Below are positions 7,703 to 17,360 of a stretch of 64,000 nt of DNA, one piece after another (within the stretch, counting starts at the first letter, position 1; each line of letters opens with the position of its first letter). Source of the stretch: an uncultured Clostridia bacterium (GTDB lineage Bacteria; Bacillota; Clostridia; Christensenellales; CAG-917); assembly GCA_944358385.1 (NCBI GenBank), contig CALVQW010000008.1, positions 17,228 through 81,227 of the forward strand. The letters are read 5' to 3'. The notes beneath the pieces were generated by a model that saw only the letters and a list, made by a program, of their open reading frames with translations, did not search any database and was not told the origin of the DNA. The position numbers and the translations under genes are program-made.

Positions 7703-8696
7703 CTAGTTTGATGCCGATAAGATCGCTCAGGAAGCGCTTATCCTCCAAAAACTTCATGCCGCCTATGGCTACGCTGCTGGGACCGTCGCTGAGGTGGGTG
7801 AGGGGGAGTTCGAAGGCTTGTTCGAGGTACTCTTTGAGTCCGGGGATGCGGGCGGAGCCGCCGGTGAGGAAGATGCCTTTGCGGAGGATCTCGGCGGAGA
7901 GTTCCGGGGGTGTCCTGTCGAGGACGTTCATGACCACTTCGATGATGTCGTCCACGAGGGGAAGGACGGCGTCACGCATATCCGCGGCGGTGATGGCTAC
8001 ACTCTTGGGCGCACCGTCCCTTCCGCCGCCCGAAACGGCATAGCTACCCTCGTCGTTGAGGTAGAAGGAGAGAGCGGAGGTCTTGATCTTCTCCACGGTG
8101 TAGTCGCCGAGTTTGACGCCGTAATTCATATAGATGTCGTCGATGATGGCGGCATTGAAGGCGTCTCCCGCGATGTTGACGGTCACGCCGCACGCGATGC
8201 CTCGGTTGGTGACCGCAGCCACCTCCGTCTTGCCGCCGCCGATGTCGAGGAAAAGCCCGCCGATGCTGCCCGTGTAGGCGAGAAGGGAAAGCGGAGCTTC
8301 CACGAGAGTGACCTCTTTGACGCCCGCCTTGACAAAGCATTTCTCCACCGCCCTGCGGTCGCCGCTCGTCATGGAGCAAGCCACGCTGACCACGGCATTG
8401 ACCTTGGGGGCGAACACCCCGGAAGGCAGGATCTTTTTCAGGAAATGTTTGAGCAGCATGACGAACATCTCGTCATCCGCGATCATGCCCTCTTTGACGG
8501 GAGCGATGACGCGCGCGCCGCCGAGGGAGGAGGACATGATGCTCTCCGCACGGTAGCCCGCCTCGCGTATGACATACTTGTCGCCGTTCTTTTCGGCGAG
8601 AGCGATGGCAGGCTCGCGCAACACGGGACCTATCCCCTTCTGGCATATGGTGATGAACTTGCTGCCGAGGTCAACCGACAATTCTATCTGCGCCAC
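7698..8696 (-). CDS. MreB/Mbl-like actin-fold protein (divergent paralog)
   Basis: 332-aa ORF. VDLGSKF, LDIGGGKTEVA and FLTGGSARIPGL match the actin/MreB phosphate and adenosine motifs. The N-terminal region differs from the canonical MreB GIDLGTANT. Confidence 0.75.
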   Translation of the reverse strand: MAQIELSVDLGSKFITICQKGIGPVLREPAIALAEKNGDKYVIREAGYRAESIMSSSLGGARVIAPVKEGMIADDEMFVMLLKHFLKKILPSGVFAPKVNAVVSVACSMTSGDRRAVEKCFVKAGVKEVTLVEAPLSLLAYTGSIGGLFLDIGGGKTEVAAVTNRGIACGVTVNIAGDAFNAAIIDDIYMNYGVKLGDYTVEKIKTSALSFYLNDEGSYAVSGGGRDGAPKSVAITAADMRDAVLPLVDDIIEVVMNVLDRTPPELSAEILRKGIFLTGGSARIPGLKEYLEQAFELPLTHLSDGPSSVAIGGMKFLEDKRFLSDLIGIKLD

Positions 8697-9270
8697 TTTG
8701 CACCTCTTTGAGTACCTTCACGAGTTTTTCCGTAGGCAGCCCGATGATGTTGGTGAGGCTGCCCTTATAAGCCCTTACGACCACCCCTTCCTGTATGGCG
8801 TAACCGCCCGCCTTGTCGTAGGGGTGATGTGTATCCACATAGTCCGCGATCTCCTCCTCGCTCATATCGCGGAAGGTCACTTCGGAGCGCACCGAAAACG
8901 TCCTCACCTCTCCCCGCGCGATCACCGTCACCCCCGTATATACGGCGTGCGTGCGCCCGTTGAGTTCGCCGAGCATTTTCAGCGCATCCGCGCGATCGCG
9001 GGGTTTACCGTACAATTTATCGAGATAAACCACCGTATCCGCGCCTATCACCACGCTCCCCTCGTTCTCCGCCCTGCCCGCGACGGCAGACGCTTTGAGC
9101 AAGGAGAGCTTGCGCACCAGCGCACGCGGCGAGGGTGCGCGCACCGCGCTCTCGTCGATGTCGGCGGGCGCGACCACGATGTCGTCCGCGATGTCGGAAA
9201 GCAGTTGCAACCTTCTCGGCGACGCGGAGGCGAGGACTATCCTCTCACAGAATTTCCAGGTTCTTGCCAT
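8671..9270 (-). CDS. maf: Maf-like nucleoside triphosphate pyrophosphatase
   Basis: IVLASASPRRLQLL and the KAGGYAIQ motifs. Confidence 0.9.
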   Translation of the reverse strand: MARTWKFCERIVLASASPRRLQLLSDIADDIVVAPADIDESAVRAPSPRALVRKLSLLKASAVAGRAENEGSVVIGADTVVYLDKLYGKPRDRADALKMLGELNGRTHAVYTGVTVIARGEVRTFSVRSEVTFRDMSEEEIADYVDTHHPYDKAGGYAIQEGVVVRAYKGSLTNIIGLPTEKLVKVLKEVQSGADRIVG

Positions 9271-10759
9271 ATGCGGCTTTGAACTCCTGCGACGCGGAGA
9301 GCGCGTCTTTGACTTCCAGCGAGCAATCCCCTTCCGTCTCCGTCTTGATGATGACGCTGTCGCCGAGGACGTCGCAGGTGATGCCCGTGATGACGCCGCT
9401 CTGACTGCGGTCGAAACTCTCGGCTATGCGGAGGATGACGCTGAGTTTGCGCATGGCGTCCACGTCCTCGACGGTGAGCATATCCTTATAGCGCATGAGA
9501 TCCTCTTTGACGATCTCGTTCTTTCTGTGTCCCGCCGCCACGAACGCCGCGAGCACGAGGTCCTTGTGCGGCACGCCGTAGAGGTTGCTGTTGAGGATGA
9601 TGTAGCAGGAATGCTGCTCGTGGTGATAATACTTGATGCGCATCCCCGTGTCGTGCATGAGGGCGGCGATCTTCAACACTCTGACGTACATCCTGGGCAT
9701 CTTGTGCAGCACTTTGAGCTGTTTGAAGAGCTGGATGCAGAGGTTGTAGACGTGTTCCGCATGAGGGATGTTGACGTCGTAGTATTTCATCTGAGTGTGC
9801 AGGGAGTGACCGAGGACGTCGGTGAGAGGTCTCTCGCCCACGCCGGGGACGGCGTAGCGGAACATCGCGCCCTCTCTAAGACCGCAGCCGCTGATGGTGA
9901 TCTTGGGGAAATCGAAGCGGGAAAGCACCGCCTTGATGACCGCGAGCGAGCTGGGGAAGATGTCCGCTCTGCCGCTGGAAAGACCTTTGATCTTCATGGT
10001 GGAATCCAGATCCAGCTTTCTTATGGTGGAATACAGCCCGTCGAACTCGCTCATCGGAATCTCGTAGCCGTGAGTCATGTTGAAGGGATATTTCCTCACC
10101 ATGCGGCTTATCCTGCCCAGGTTCCTGAACGCGCCGCCCACACCCACGAAAGCGGTGTCAGGCTCGATGCTGTCCAGCCAGCCTATCTTGTCCAGCTGTT
10201 CGCCGATGAACGCCTCGATCTTGTCCGCGCGCGTCTCCGGCTCCGTGCTGTAACTCTTGAAAAGATCGGTGAGAGTCACCGTGCCGAAGGGGAGCGTCTC
10301 ATAGTGTATGAGGTTGCGGCGGTTGTAGTAGATGAGGTTGGTGGAACCTCCGCCCATCTCCATGATAAGCCCCTTGGGAATGTCCATGGAGTTGATGACG
10401 CCCTGATAGATGAGCAGAGCCTGCTCCTCGACGGTGAGCACCTTGATCTTGATGCCGCAGGTCATCGCCACCTCGTCGAGAAAACTCTTCTGATTTTTGG
10501 CGCGGCGGACGGCGGCGGTGGCGTAGGCAAAGATCTTGTCCACGTGGTTGGCGTCGCACAGTTTGCGGAACATGCTCAGCGTCTTTATGGTCTGCGCCAC
10601 GCGCTGAGGCTTTATTATGCCGTCCCAATCCATATCCTGCCCCAGACGAACGGTCTCTTTCAGCTCGTCGAACACGACGAAATAGCCACCCTCCAAAATG
10701 TTGACCAGCACGAGTCTTGCGGAGTTTGATCCGAGGTCGATGACAGCGATTTTTTCCAT
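9245..10759 (-). CDS. Ppx/GppA family phosphatase with C-terminal HD domain
   Basis: ORF 9245..10822 trimmed to MEKIAVIDLGSNSARLV behind the SD AAAGGAG. An HD region (LMHDTGM) lies in the C-terminal half. Confidence 0.85.
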   Translation of the reverse strand: MEKIAVIDLGSNSARLVLVNILEGGYFVVFDELKETVRLGQDMDWDGIIKPQRVAQTIKTLSMFRKLCDANHVDKIFAYATAAVRRAKNQKSFLDEVAMTCGIKIKVLTVEEQALLIYQGVINSMDIPKGLIMEMGGGSTNLIYYNRRNLIHYETLPFGTVTLTDLFKSYSTEPETRADKIEAFIGEQLDKIGWLDSIEPDTAFVGVGGAFRNLGRISRMVRKYPFNMTHGYEIPMSEFDGLYSTIRKLDLDSTMKIKGLSSGRADIFPSSLAVIKAVLSRFDFPKITISGCGLREGAMFRYAVPGVGERPLTDVLGHSLHTQMKYYDVNIPHAEHVYNLCIQLFKQLKVLHKMPRMYVRVLKIAALMHDTGMRIKYYHHEQHSCYIILNSNLYGVPHKDLVLAAFVAAGHRKNEIVKEDLMRYKDMLTVEDVDAMRKLSVILRIAESFDRSQSGVITGITCDVLGDSVIIKTETEGDCSLEVKDALSASQEFKAAYGKNLEIL

Positions 10760-10814
10760 AATATCTCCTTTCGGCGCGGCGCGCCGCCGTTCGCGTCCGA
10801 GGACGGGAACGGTC

Positions 10815-11636
10815 TCAGTCACATGATTTTATACATTTCGCGGGGCATTTGGACGCGCAAAGTCCGCACCCCACGCACTTGCCGTAGTCGATGACGGGCA
10901 GATTGTCTTTGAGTTCGATGGCGTGTTCGGGACACACCTTGGCGCAAAGCCCGCACCCCACGCAGCCTTTGGAGCACATGGCGCGCACTTCCTTGCCCCC
11001 TCTGAGGCAGTTTGAGCAGGCGATGTACACCTTCGCGCTTGCGGGAACACGCTTGACCAGCCCCTTGGGACAGGCGGTGATGCACTTGCCGCAGGTGATG
11101 CACTTTGTCCTGTCCACCTCCGCATAGCCCGCATCGCGCACGTCTATGGCGTGGGTGGGACAGGCGTCCGTGCACGAACCCATGCCCAGACATCCCCACG
11201 GACACACTTTGCGCCCGCCGCCCAGCAGTTCCATGCTGCGGCAGTTGCCGTAGCCCATATACTCATACTTGTCGTTGGCGGAGTTGCCGCCGTTACAGGC
11301 GATGACGATCTTGGTCTCCTCCGCATCCACCGCGACGCCGAGGATCTCGCCTATGATCTTCTTCTCTGAGGCGGCAGTCGCCGAGCAGGAATTCACATCC
11401 GCCTTACCCTCTGCGAGAGCTTTTGCGAAGGCGTCACAGCCCGCATACCCGCACGCGCCGCAATTCGCACCCGAAAGATGCTTGCGGATCTCCTCCTCCT
11501 TCTCGTCCTTTTGGACGGCGAACTTCTTGCCCAGCACCGCGAGCAGCACGCCGAACACCGCAGCAAGGGCGAGCAGCACCAGCGCGGACCACAACACGGT
11601 CATGGGATCTACCGCACACAAAACATTCACGCTCAT
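10815..11636 (-). CDS. rnfB: Rnf electron transport complex subunit B
   Basis: N-terminal TM helix, the CGACGYAGCDAFA cluster and several CxxCxxCxxxCP ferredoxin motifs. Confidence 0.9.
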   Translation of the reverse strand: MSVNVLCAVDPMTVLWSALVLLALAAVFGVLLAVLGKKFAVQKDEKEEEIRKHLSGANCGACGYAGCDAFAKALAEGKADVNSCSATAASEKKIIGEILGVAVDAEETKIVIACNGGNSANDKYEYMGYGNCRSMELLGGGRKVCPWGCLGMGSCTDACPTHAIDVRDAGYAEVDRTKCITCGKCITACPKGLVKRVPASAKVYIACSNCLRGGKEVRAMCSKGCVGCGLCAKVCPEHAIELKDNLPVIDYGKCVGCGLCASKCPAKCIKSCD

Positions 11637-11646
11637 ACCGCCCTCC

Positions 11647-12234
11647 TCATGCTATCATGCCCGAAAACGCCGTGAACGCGAGGCTCATTATGGACGCCGC
11701 CACCAGCGTGATGGGGAAGCCTCTGAAAGGCTTGGGAACGGCGTCGATGTGCATGCGTTCGCGTATGCCCGCGAGCAGTAGGATCGCTATGGTGAAGCCC
11801 GCGCCGCTGAACACTCCGTTGAGGAAGGACATGAGCAGGCTCTCCGCCGACGCGATCCCGTAAGACTGGATGTTGAGTATCGCCACGCCCAGGACGGCGC
11901 AGTTGGTGGTGATGAGGGGGAGATAGACTCCCAGCGCGCTGTACAGCGCGGGCATGAACTTTTTGAGCACCAGCTCCACGAGCTGCACGAGCGCAGCTAT
12001 GACGAGTATGAACGCTATCGTCTGCAAATACTCTATCCCCGCCGCCACCAGCAGCTTCTGCACCAGCCAGGTGAACACCGACGCTATGCCCATGACGAAG
12101 ATGACCGCAAGCCCCATGCCGAGAGCGGTGTCCGTCTTTTTGGACACGCCGAGGAAGGGACAGCATCCGAGGAACTGACAGAGGACGAAGTTGTTGACGA
12201 ACATCGCGCCTATGATGAGCAGGAAGTATGTCAT
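11647..12234 (-). CDS. rnfA: Rnf complex subunit A
   Basis: FVNNFVLCQFLGCCPFLGVS signature in a 195-aa polytopic protein. Confidence 0.9.
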   Translation of the reverse strand: MTYFLLIIGAMFVNNFVLCQFLGCCPFLGVSKKTDTALGMGLAVIFVMGIASVFTWLVQKLLVAAGIEYLQTIAFILVIAALVQLVELVLKKFMPALYSALGVYLPLITTNCAVLGVAILNIQSYGIASAESLLMSFLNGVFSGAGFTIAILLLAGIRERMHIDAVPKPFRGFPITLVAASIMSLAFTAFSGMIA

Positions 12235-13040
12235 TTCTCCTCCTCCTTTCCGTCACCCACACGGACGGCATCGGCGGACGGCGCGTCCGCACCCGCAGAG
12301 GCAAGCTCCGCCTCGACGTGTTCGCGCACCATTTCGTCTATCACTTTGCCCTCTTCGGCATGTTTCGCATCCCGTTTCGCCGCAGTCTTGTCCGAGATGG
12401 CGTTGATCGCCGCCATGACAAGTCCGAGGGTGAGGAAGCCGCCCGCCGGCATCACGAACACCGACATCGCGTAATCGGGCAAATTGCCCAGCGTCACGCC
12501 GAACTCCGCCTCCCCGAAAGAGCCGACAAAGAAGGTGCCGGATCCGAGAAACTCGCGGATGACGCCGAGAAGGAGCAGCGCGAGCGTAAAGCCCAAGCCC
12601 ATGCCCAGACCGTCCAGCACGGAGTCCCCCACCTTATTAGTGCTTGCGAACGCCTCCGCGCGCGCAAGTATGATGCAGTTGACGACGATGAGGGGCAGAT
12701 AGATGCCCAATGCGTCGTAGAGCGCGGGGACGAACTTTCTCAACAGCATCTCGACCAACGTGACGAAGGTAGCGATGATGAGGACGTACGCGGGGATGCG
12801 CACCTTGTCCGGGATCACCTTCCTCAACAGGGACACAAGCGCATTGGAGCACACCAGCACCACCGTGGCGGCGATGCCCATGCCCAGCCCGTTGAACGCG
12901 CTTGTGGAGATGGCGAGCGTGGGACACATCCCCAGCACCAGCCTGAACACGGGATTGGACGCAAGGATGCCGCCCCCGACGATCTTGCTCTTCCCGCGCA
13001 TATTCATTCTGAGTTCCTGCGGCATGGCGGACTTTTTCAT
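12231..13040 (-). CDS. rnfE: Rnf complex subunit E (acidic C-terminal tail)
   Basis: NPVFRLVLGMCPTLAIS signature. It carries about 60 extra acidic C-terminal residues. Confidence 0.85.
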   Translation of the reverse strand: MKKSAMPQELRMNMRGKSKIVGGGILASNPVFRLVLGMCPTLAISTSAFNGLGMGIAATVVLVCSNALVSLLRKVIPDKVRIPAYVLIIATFVTLVEMLLRKFVPALYDALGIYLPLIVVNCIILARAEAFASTNKVGDSVLDGLGMGLGFTLALLLLGVIREFLGSGTFFVGSFGEAEFGVTLGNLPDYAMSVFVMPAGGFLTLGLVMAAINAISDKTAAKRDAKHAEEGKVIDEMVREHVEAELASAGADAPSADAVRVGDGKEEEK

Positions 13041-13705
13041 ACGTTCACCTCCGCAGCGTAGTATTTTTCAAAGGAAGCGACCGCCGCATTCACCGCGTTG
13101 TTCACTCCGCGCGAAGTGAAAGTCGCCTGCGAGACGGCGTCCACGTCTCCGTCATCCGTCACCGCGCTCTCACCTTTGACCAGATCGAACGCGCCGGTCT
13201 TAAGGACGTTTTTGCCGACGTACTTGCCCTTGTTTGCTTTCATCACTTTGTCCATATATCCCGCGGTCTCGGACTGCGAATAGACCTCGATGTCCTTTAT
13301 CGTCCCGTCCTCGGAGAAGTGGACGAGCAGTTCCAGAGTGCCGCCCTTCGCGCCGCTGCCCACCGCGCGGCAGACATACATCCTGCCCTCCGCGGTCTCG
13401 ACGGTGTAAGCCGCAGCAGCGTAGCTGTCGCCTTCCGTCACGCCGTTGTCGTAAGCCGCCACAACGTCCGCCCCCACTCCGTAATAGCCGGCGAGCTGTT
13501 CCCTGATCGCCTGATCGGGATCGACGTAGGTGAGCCAGTTGACCAGCCCCAGCAGCACGCCCGCCACGAGCGCGATCGCCGCAAGCACGACGATGCACAT
13601 CCAGACGTCCTTGCCGAAAAAGGCGTTCTTTTTGAGAGCCGCGCCGCCCTGCGAGCCGCCTTCGGAGATGATGATGTCACGTTCCTTTTCAGCCAACGCT
13701 CTCAC
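13037..13705 (-). CDS. rnfG: Rnf complex subunit G (FMN-binding)
   Basis: Single N-terminal TM helix, a C-terminal VDAVSQATFTSRGV FMN-attachment motif, and its position in the operon. Confidence 0.85.
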   Translation of the reverse strand: MRALAEKERDIIISEGGSQGGAALKKNAFFGKDVWMCIVVLAAIALVAGVLLGLVNWLTYVDPDQAIREQLAGYYGVGADVVAAYDNGVTEGDSYAAAAYTVETAEGRMYVCRAVGSGAKGGTLELLVHFSEDGTIKDIEVYSQSETAGYMDKVMKANKGKYVGKNVLKTGAFDLVKGESAVTDDGDVDAVSQATFTSRGVNNAVNAAVASFEKYYAAEVNV

Positions 13706-14789
13706 CTCCTTCTTCCGCCGCGGCGTGCTTGCGCGAGAATTTCGCTTTCACGCTCTCCGCCACTTCCTTCACGCTCTTTCTCGGCGTGCCGAAGGGCTTG
13801 CGCTTTATCTTTTCCAGGAGAGGAGTGACGATGTTCATGAGCAATATCGCAAAGGACACGCCCTCGTTCATCGTCCCGAACTTTCGGATGATCACGGTGA
13901 GGAAGCCCAGCCCCAGACCGTAGATGACCACCGCAACGGGCGTCTTGGGAGAGGTGGCGTAATCCGTAGCCATGAAGAACGCGCCGAACATCAGACCGCC
14001 GCCGAGCAGATAGGTCCACACATACTCGCCCACATAGCCCGTATCCGCAAAGAATATGGCGGTGAAGAGCGCGGTGGAGCCGATGTACAACACGGGGATC
14101 TTGATGTCGATGACGCGGCGGACGGCGAGATAGATGCCGCCGATGAGCACCGCGAGGGTGCTGACTTCACCCGCACTGCCGCCTATCCTGCCAAGGAACA
14201 TATCAAGCGCATTCAACCCTTCCGCGGGGTTGCCGCCGGAGGAGAGAGCCTCCTTGACGGACTGCAAAGGCGTCGCCGTGGTGATGGCGTCGGGGAGATT
14301 TATCTCCACGCCCTGTTTGAAATAGGCAAAGAGGTTCGCGCCGTCCGAGAGGTCCACGGGCAGGACGAACTTGGTCATGACGCCCGTCCACGCGAGCATG
14401 AGGAATATGCGCGCGGTGATGGCGGGGTTGGCAAAGTTCCTGCCTATGCCGCCGAAGAGCATCTTGACGATGATGATTGCGAACGCCGCGCCCACTATGG
14501 GGACATAGAAGGGGACGACGGGCGGCAAATTGAGCGCGAGGATCACGCCCGTGACCACCGCCGAAAGGTCTCTCACCGTCTGCTCGCGCTTGGTGATCAC
14601 GTTGAACACCCACTCGCAGAAAACGGCGGAAGCGACACTTAACACCGTCAAAAACAGCGGATAAAACCCGTAAAGCAGCACCATCGCTATGACCGCAGGG
14701 CTGAGGGCTATGAGGACGTCCAGCATTATGCGCGTGGTGTTCGTGCGTGCCGTCAAGTGGGGGGATGAGGATACTCTGAGATTCTTCAT
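13689..14789 (-). CDS. rnfD: Rnf complex subunit D
   Basis: SSPHL start motif, a polytopic protein, and a MATDYATSP FMN site. Confidence 0.9.
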   Translation of the reverse strand: MKNLRVSSSPHLTARTNTTRIMLDVLIALSPAVIAMVLLYGFYPLFLTVLSVASAVFCEWVFNVITKREQTVRDLSAVVTGVILALNLPPVVPFYVPIVGAAFAIIIVKMLFGGIGRNFANPAITARIFLMLAWTGVMTKFVLPVDLSDGANLFAYFKQGVEINLPDAITTATPLQSVKEALSSGGNPAEGLNALDMFLGRIGGSAGEVSTLAVLIGGIYLAVRRVIDIKIPVLYIGSTALFTAIFFADTGYVGEYVWTYLLGGGLMFGAFFMATDYATSPKTPVAVVIYGLGLGFLTVIIRKFGTMNEGVSFAILLMNIVTPLLEKIKRKPFGTPRKSVKEVAESVKAKFSRKHAAAEEGGESVG

Positions 14790-14790
14790 A

Positions 14791-16098
14791 TCACTTCCTC
14801 CCCTCTTTCAGGCTCTTTTTGGCAAGGCGTATCGCCTGCACCAAAGGACGCTTGGCGGGACAGACGTAGGAACACACTCCGCACTCCATACAGCTCGTCA
14901 CGAAAAGCTCCTCCGTCCTTGCGAAATTTTCCGAGATGACGGCGCGTTCGATGTCCCTGGGCGAGAGCTTCATGGGACACTGACGTATGCATCTGCCGCA
15001 GTTGATGCACTGCGTGGGCGACTGAGCCGCCGCCTCCTTCTCCCCGAAAAAGAGGAGGGAGGACGTGGTCTTGCCCACACACGCGGAAAGGTCGGACTGC
15101 GCCACTCCCATCATGGGACCGCCGGAGACGATCTTCACTATGTCGTCGTCCGATCTCTCCCCTCTCGTCTGCTCGCGCAGGAAGGAGAAAGGCGTGCCGA
15201 AGCGCACTCTGAAATTGCCCTTCACCCCCGTCTCGCCGCCGCTCACCGTGAGCACGCGGGAGATGAGAGGCTCGCCGTTGTCCACCGCTTTCGCGGCGGC
15301 GTAGGCGGTGTGCGCGTTGTCCACCACGCACCCCACATCCGAGGGCAGCCCGCCGGGCGGGACTCGCCTGCCCGTCATGGCAAAGACGAGCTGTTTCTCC
15401 GCGCCCTGCGGATATTTCACTCTGAGCAGCATCACGCCGACGTCGGACGCGCCTTCGCACGCCGCCGAAAGCGCGGCGAACGCATCCTTCTTGTTGGCTT
15501 CTATGCCTATGATGGCGCGCCCCGCACCCGCCGCCTTTGCGAGCAGCCGCGCACCTCTGACGATCTCCTCCGCATGTTCCAGCGCGAGCCTGTGATCGCA
15601 GGTTATGTAAGGTTCGCATTCCGCGCAGTTGACGAGGAAAAACTCCGGCGCGGTCTTGGGCGCGAGTTTGACGTGCGTGGGGAACCCCGCACCGCCCATA
15701 CCGACGATGCCGCACTCCTTCACTCTCTCCCTGATCTCCTCCGCGGTGGGATCGGAGAGCGGGGGCAGCGTGACGGTGTTATACGCAAAGTCGTTGACGA
15801 TCTCGATGTGAGCGCATTTGCCTCCCGACGCGGTGGGACGAGTGACTATGCCCGCCACCTTGCCCGACACGGGCGAGTGCACGCGCGCGGAAACAAAACC
15901 GCCGCACTCCGCGATGACCTCACCCGCCTTCACCTCGTCGCCCGCCCCGACCACGGGGACAGCGGGCGCGCCGATATGCTGAACGAGTGGGACGAAAAGA
16001 CGTTCCGGCGCGTCGAGGTCGACGATCGGAACATCGGATGTGATCTTGCGGGCGGGAGGATGAGTCCCCCTGCCGAACGTCCTGAACGCTAATTGCAA
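14791..16098 (-). CDS. rnfC: Rnf complex subunit C (TTG start)
   Basis: N-terminus FGRGTHPPARK, GMGGAGFPTHVK, and two CxxCxxCxxxCP clusters. TTG at 16098 lies 6 nt after GGGAGA. Confidence 0.9.
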   Translation of the reverse strand: MQLAFRTFGRGTHPPARKITSDVPIVDLDAPERLFVPLVQHIGAPAVPVVGAGDEVKAGEVIAECGGFVSARVHSPVSGKVAGIVTRPTASGGKCAHIEIVNDFAYNTVTLPPLSDPTAEEIRERVKECGIVGMGGAGFPTHVKLAPKTAPEFFLVNCAECEPYITCDHRLALEHAEEIVRGARLLAKAAGAGRAIIGIEANKKDAFAALSAACEGASDVGVMLLRVKYPQGAEKQLVFAMTGRRVPPGGLPSDVGCVVDNAHTAYAAAKAVDNGEPLISRVLTVSGGETGVKGNFRVRFGTPFSFLREQTRGERSDDDIVKIVSGGPMMGVAQSDLSACVGKTTSSLLFFGEKEAAAQSPTQCINCGRCIRQCPMKLSPRDIERAVISENFARTEELFVTSCMECGVCSYVCPAKRPLVQAIRLAKKSLKEGRK

Positions 16099-16161
16099 AT
16101 CGTATTCTCCCGGTTTGAAATTACCCCCGAATCATGAGCGCAAAGTCTTACACTCGCGTTA

Positions 16162-16190
16162 ATTATAAAACAAATCGCGCGCAATGTAAA
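16162..16190 (-). promoter_or_regulatory. sigma-A type promoter for the rnf operon (TTTACA-17-TATAAT)
   Basis: Minus strand: TTTACA (16190..16185), a 17-nt spacer, then TATAAT (16167..16162). Confidence 0.55.
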
Positions 16191-16249
16191 TACCGAAAAT
16201 TCCTCTAATGCGCCCCGAAGGCAAAAAATCCCCCTTTTTCTCCCCGCGC

Positions 16250-16624
16250 TCAGTCTCCCGCAAAGTTTTTTGCGACGCCGCTCCCCAGCCCCGCAAGCGC
16301 GATGAGCACCAAAAATCCGCCGTACAGTTTCCCCAGCAGCTCCCCGCCCTCTCTTGCGAAAAAGGACGCCGCCGCCGTACACACCAGCGCGGGCAGCAGC
16401 ACATACGGCAGAGGGGCAGGCTCCACGAGTCTGTTTTTCAGATGCATGGCGAGTGCCGCCGCCCCCGTCGGAAGAAAGGCGACCAGATTGACGAACTGCG
16501 CCGTGATCTGCCCCGCCGAAAGCAAGAGCACCAGCAGGGGTATGGTGAGCGTCCCGCCGCCCATACCCATGCCCGCAAGCACTCCTCCGCACACCCCCGC
16601 CAGCGCGTACCACAACATCTTCAT
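16250..16624 (-). CDS. TauE/SafE (TSUP) family half-size membrane protein
   Basis: 124 aa, with GMGMGGGTLTIPLLVLL and about four hydrophobic helices. Confidence 0.7.
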   Translation of the reverse strand: MKMLWYALAGVCGGVLAGMGMGGGTLTIPLLVLLLSAGQITAQFVNLVAFLPTGAAALAMHLKNRLVEPAPLPYVLLPALVCTAAASFFAREGGELLGKLYGGFLVLIALAGLGSGVAKNFAGD

Positions 16625-16754
16625 TTTTTCCTGTCATCTCCTTTTCTGCGGTTTTATCGCATTGTTTTCGCACATAAACACCGTTTTCGCGCGACATCTC
16701 TTCCCGCGCTCCGCAGCTTTTCCGCGCCTTGCGCGAGGCGTCGCGCCCTCCCCG

Positions 16755-17192
16755 TCACAGCATCATTTTCAAACCCGCGAGCAGCATCAGACCGTAAAAG
16801 AGGAAGTTGATGACGGGGGCGGAGAGCTTTTTCAAAAGTGCCGCTCCCGCCACTCCTCCCGCGAAAACTCCCGCCGCCGTGGGGAGAAGCACGCTCCCCT
16901 CCCATCCCCCTCCCGCGGCATAGACCGCGGTGCCTATCGCGCACAGCGGGAGGATGACGGCGATGGCGGTGGCGTGCGCCTTTTTCTCGTTCAGTCCCGC
17001 GGCGAAGGTGAGCACGGGGACGGCGAGCATCCCTCCGCCCGCGCCGAAAAGCCCGTTCACCGCGCCCACCGCTCCCCCGCACGCCGCGAGCAGCACCCTC
17101 GCCTTTTTCCTGCGGGAGGGGGCGGGGATGTCGAATTTCGCCGTACTCTTCTTGACATATCCGAAAGCCTGCAATTTTTCATCTCCTTTCAA
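16755..17192 (-). CDS. TauE/SafE (TSUP) family half-size membrane protein
   Basis: 145 aa, with GLFGAGGGMLAVPVLTF and about four hydrophobic helices. Confidence 0.7.
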   Translation of the reverse strand: MKGDEKLQAFGYVKKSTAKFDIPAPSRRKKARVLLAACGGAVGAVNGLFGAGGGMLAVPVLTFAAGLNEKKAHATAIAVILPLCAIGTAVYAAGGGWEGSVLLPTAAGVFAGGVAGAALLKKLSAPVINFLFYGLMLLAGLKMML

Positions 17193-17256
17193 TGCGCGTG
17201 TGATGGGATTAGCGTGTCATATTTCGGTGAAAATATGAAATGCACGCCCAAAACGT

Positions 17257-17285
17257 TTGCAATATGTATGGAATTGATTTAGAAT
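17257..17285 (+). promoter_or_regulatory. sigma-A type promoter for the giant surface-protein gene (TTGCAA-17-TAGAAT)
   Basis: TTGCAA 17257-17262, a 17-nt spacer, then TAGAAT 17280-17285. Confidence 0.5.
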
Positions 17286-17360
17286 ACATAAGCCTGTAAT
17301 TTACGGGCAACGCGCGTTGCGCGCATTAGCAATGACAACCAAACTTTTATAAAGGACGCT

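Noticed and set aside
9095-10729. 544-aa plus-strand ORF opposite ppx
   Set aside because: Shadow ORF. Ppx/GppA motifs are on the minus strand.
16089-16097. AACGCTAAT, the linker word of the hairpin modules, also found at the rnfC start
   Set aside because: It lies inside coding sequence (TTG CAA TTA GCG TTC on the minus strand) with no adjacent long hairpin. I treat it as coincidence.
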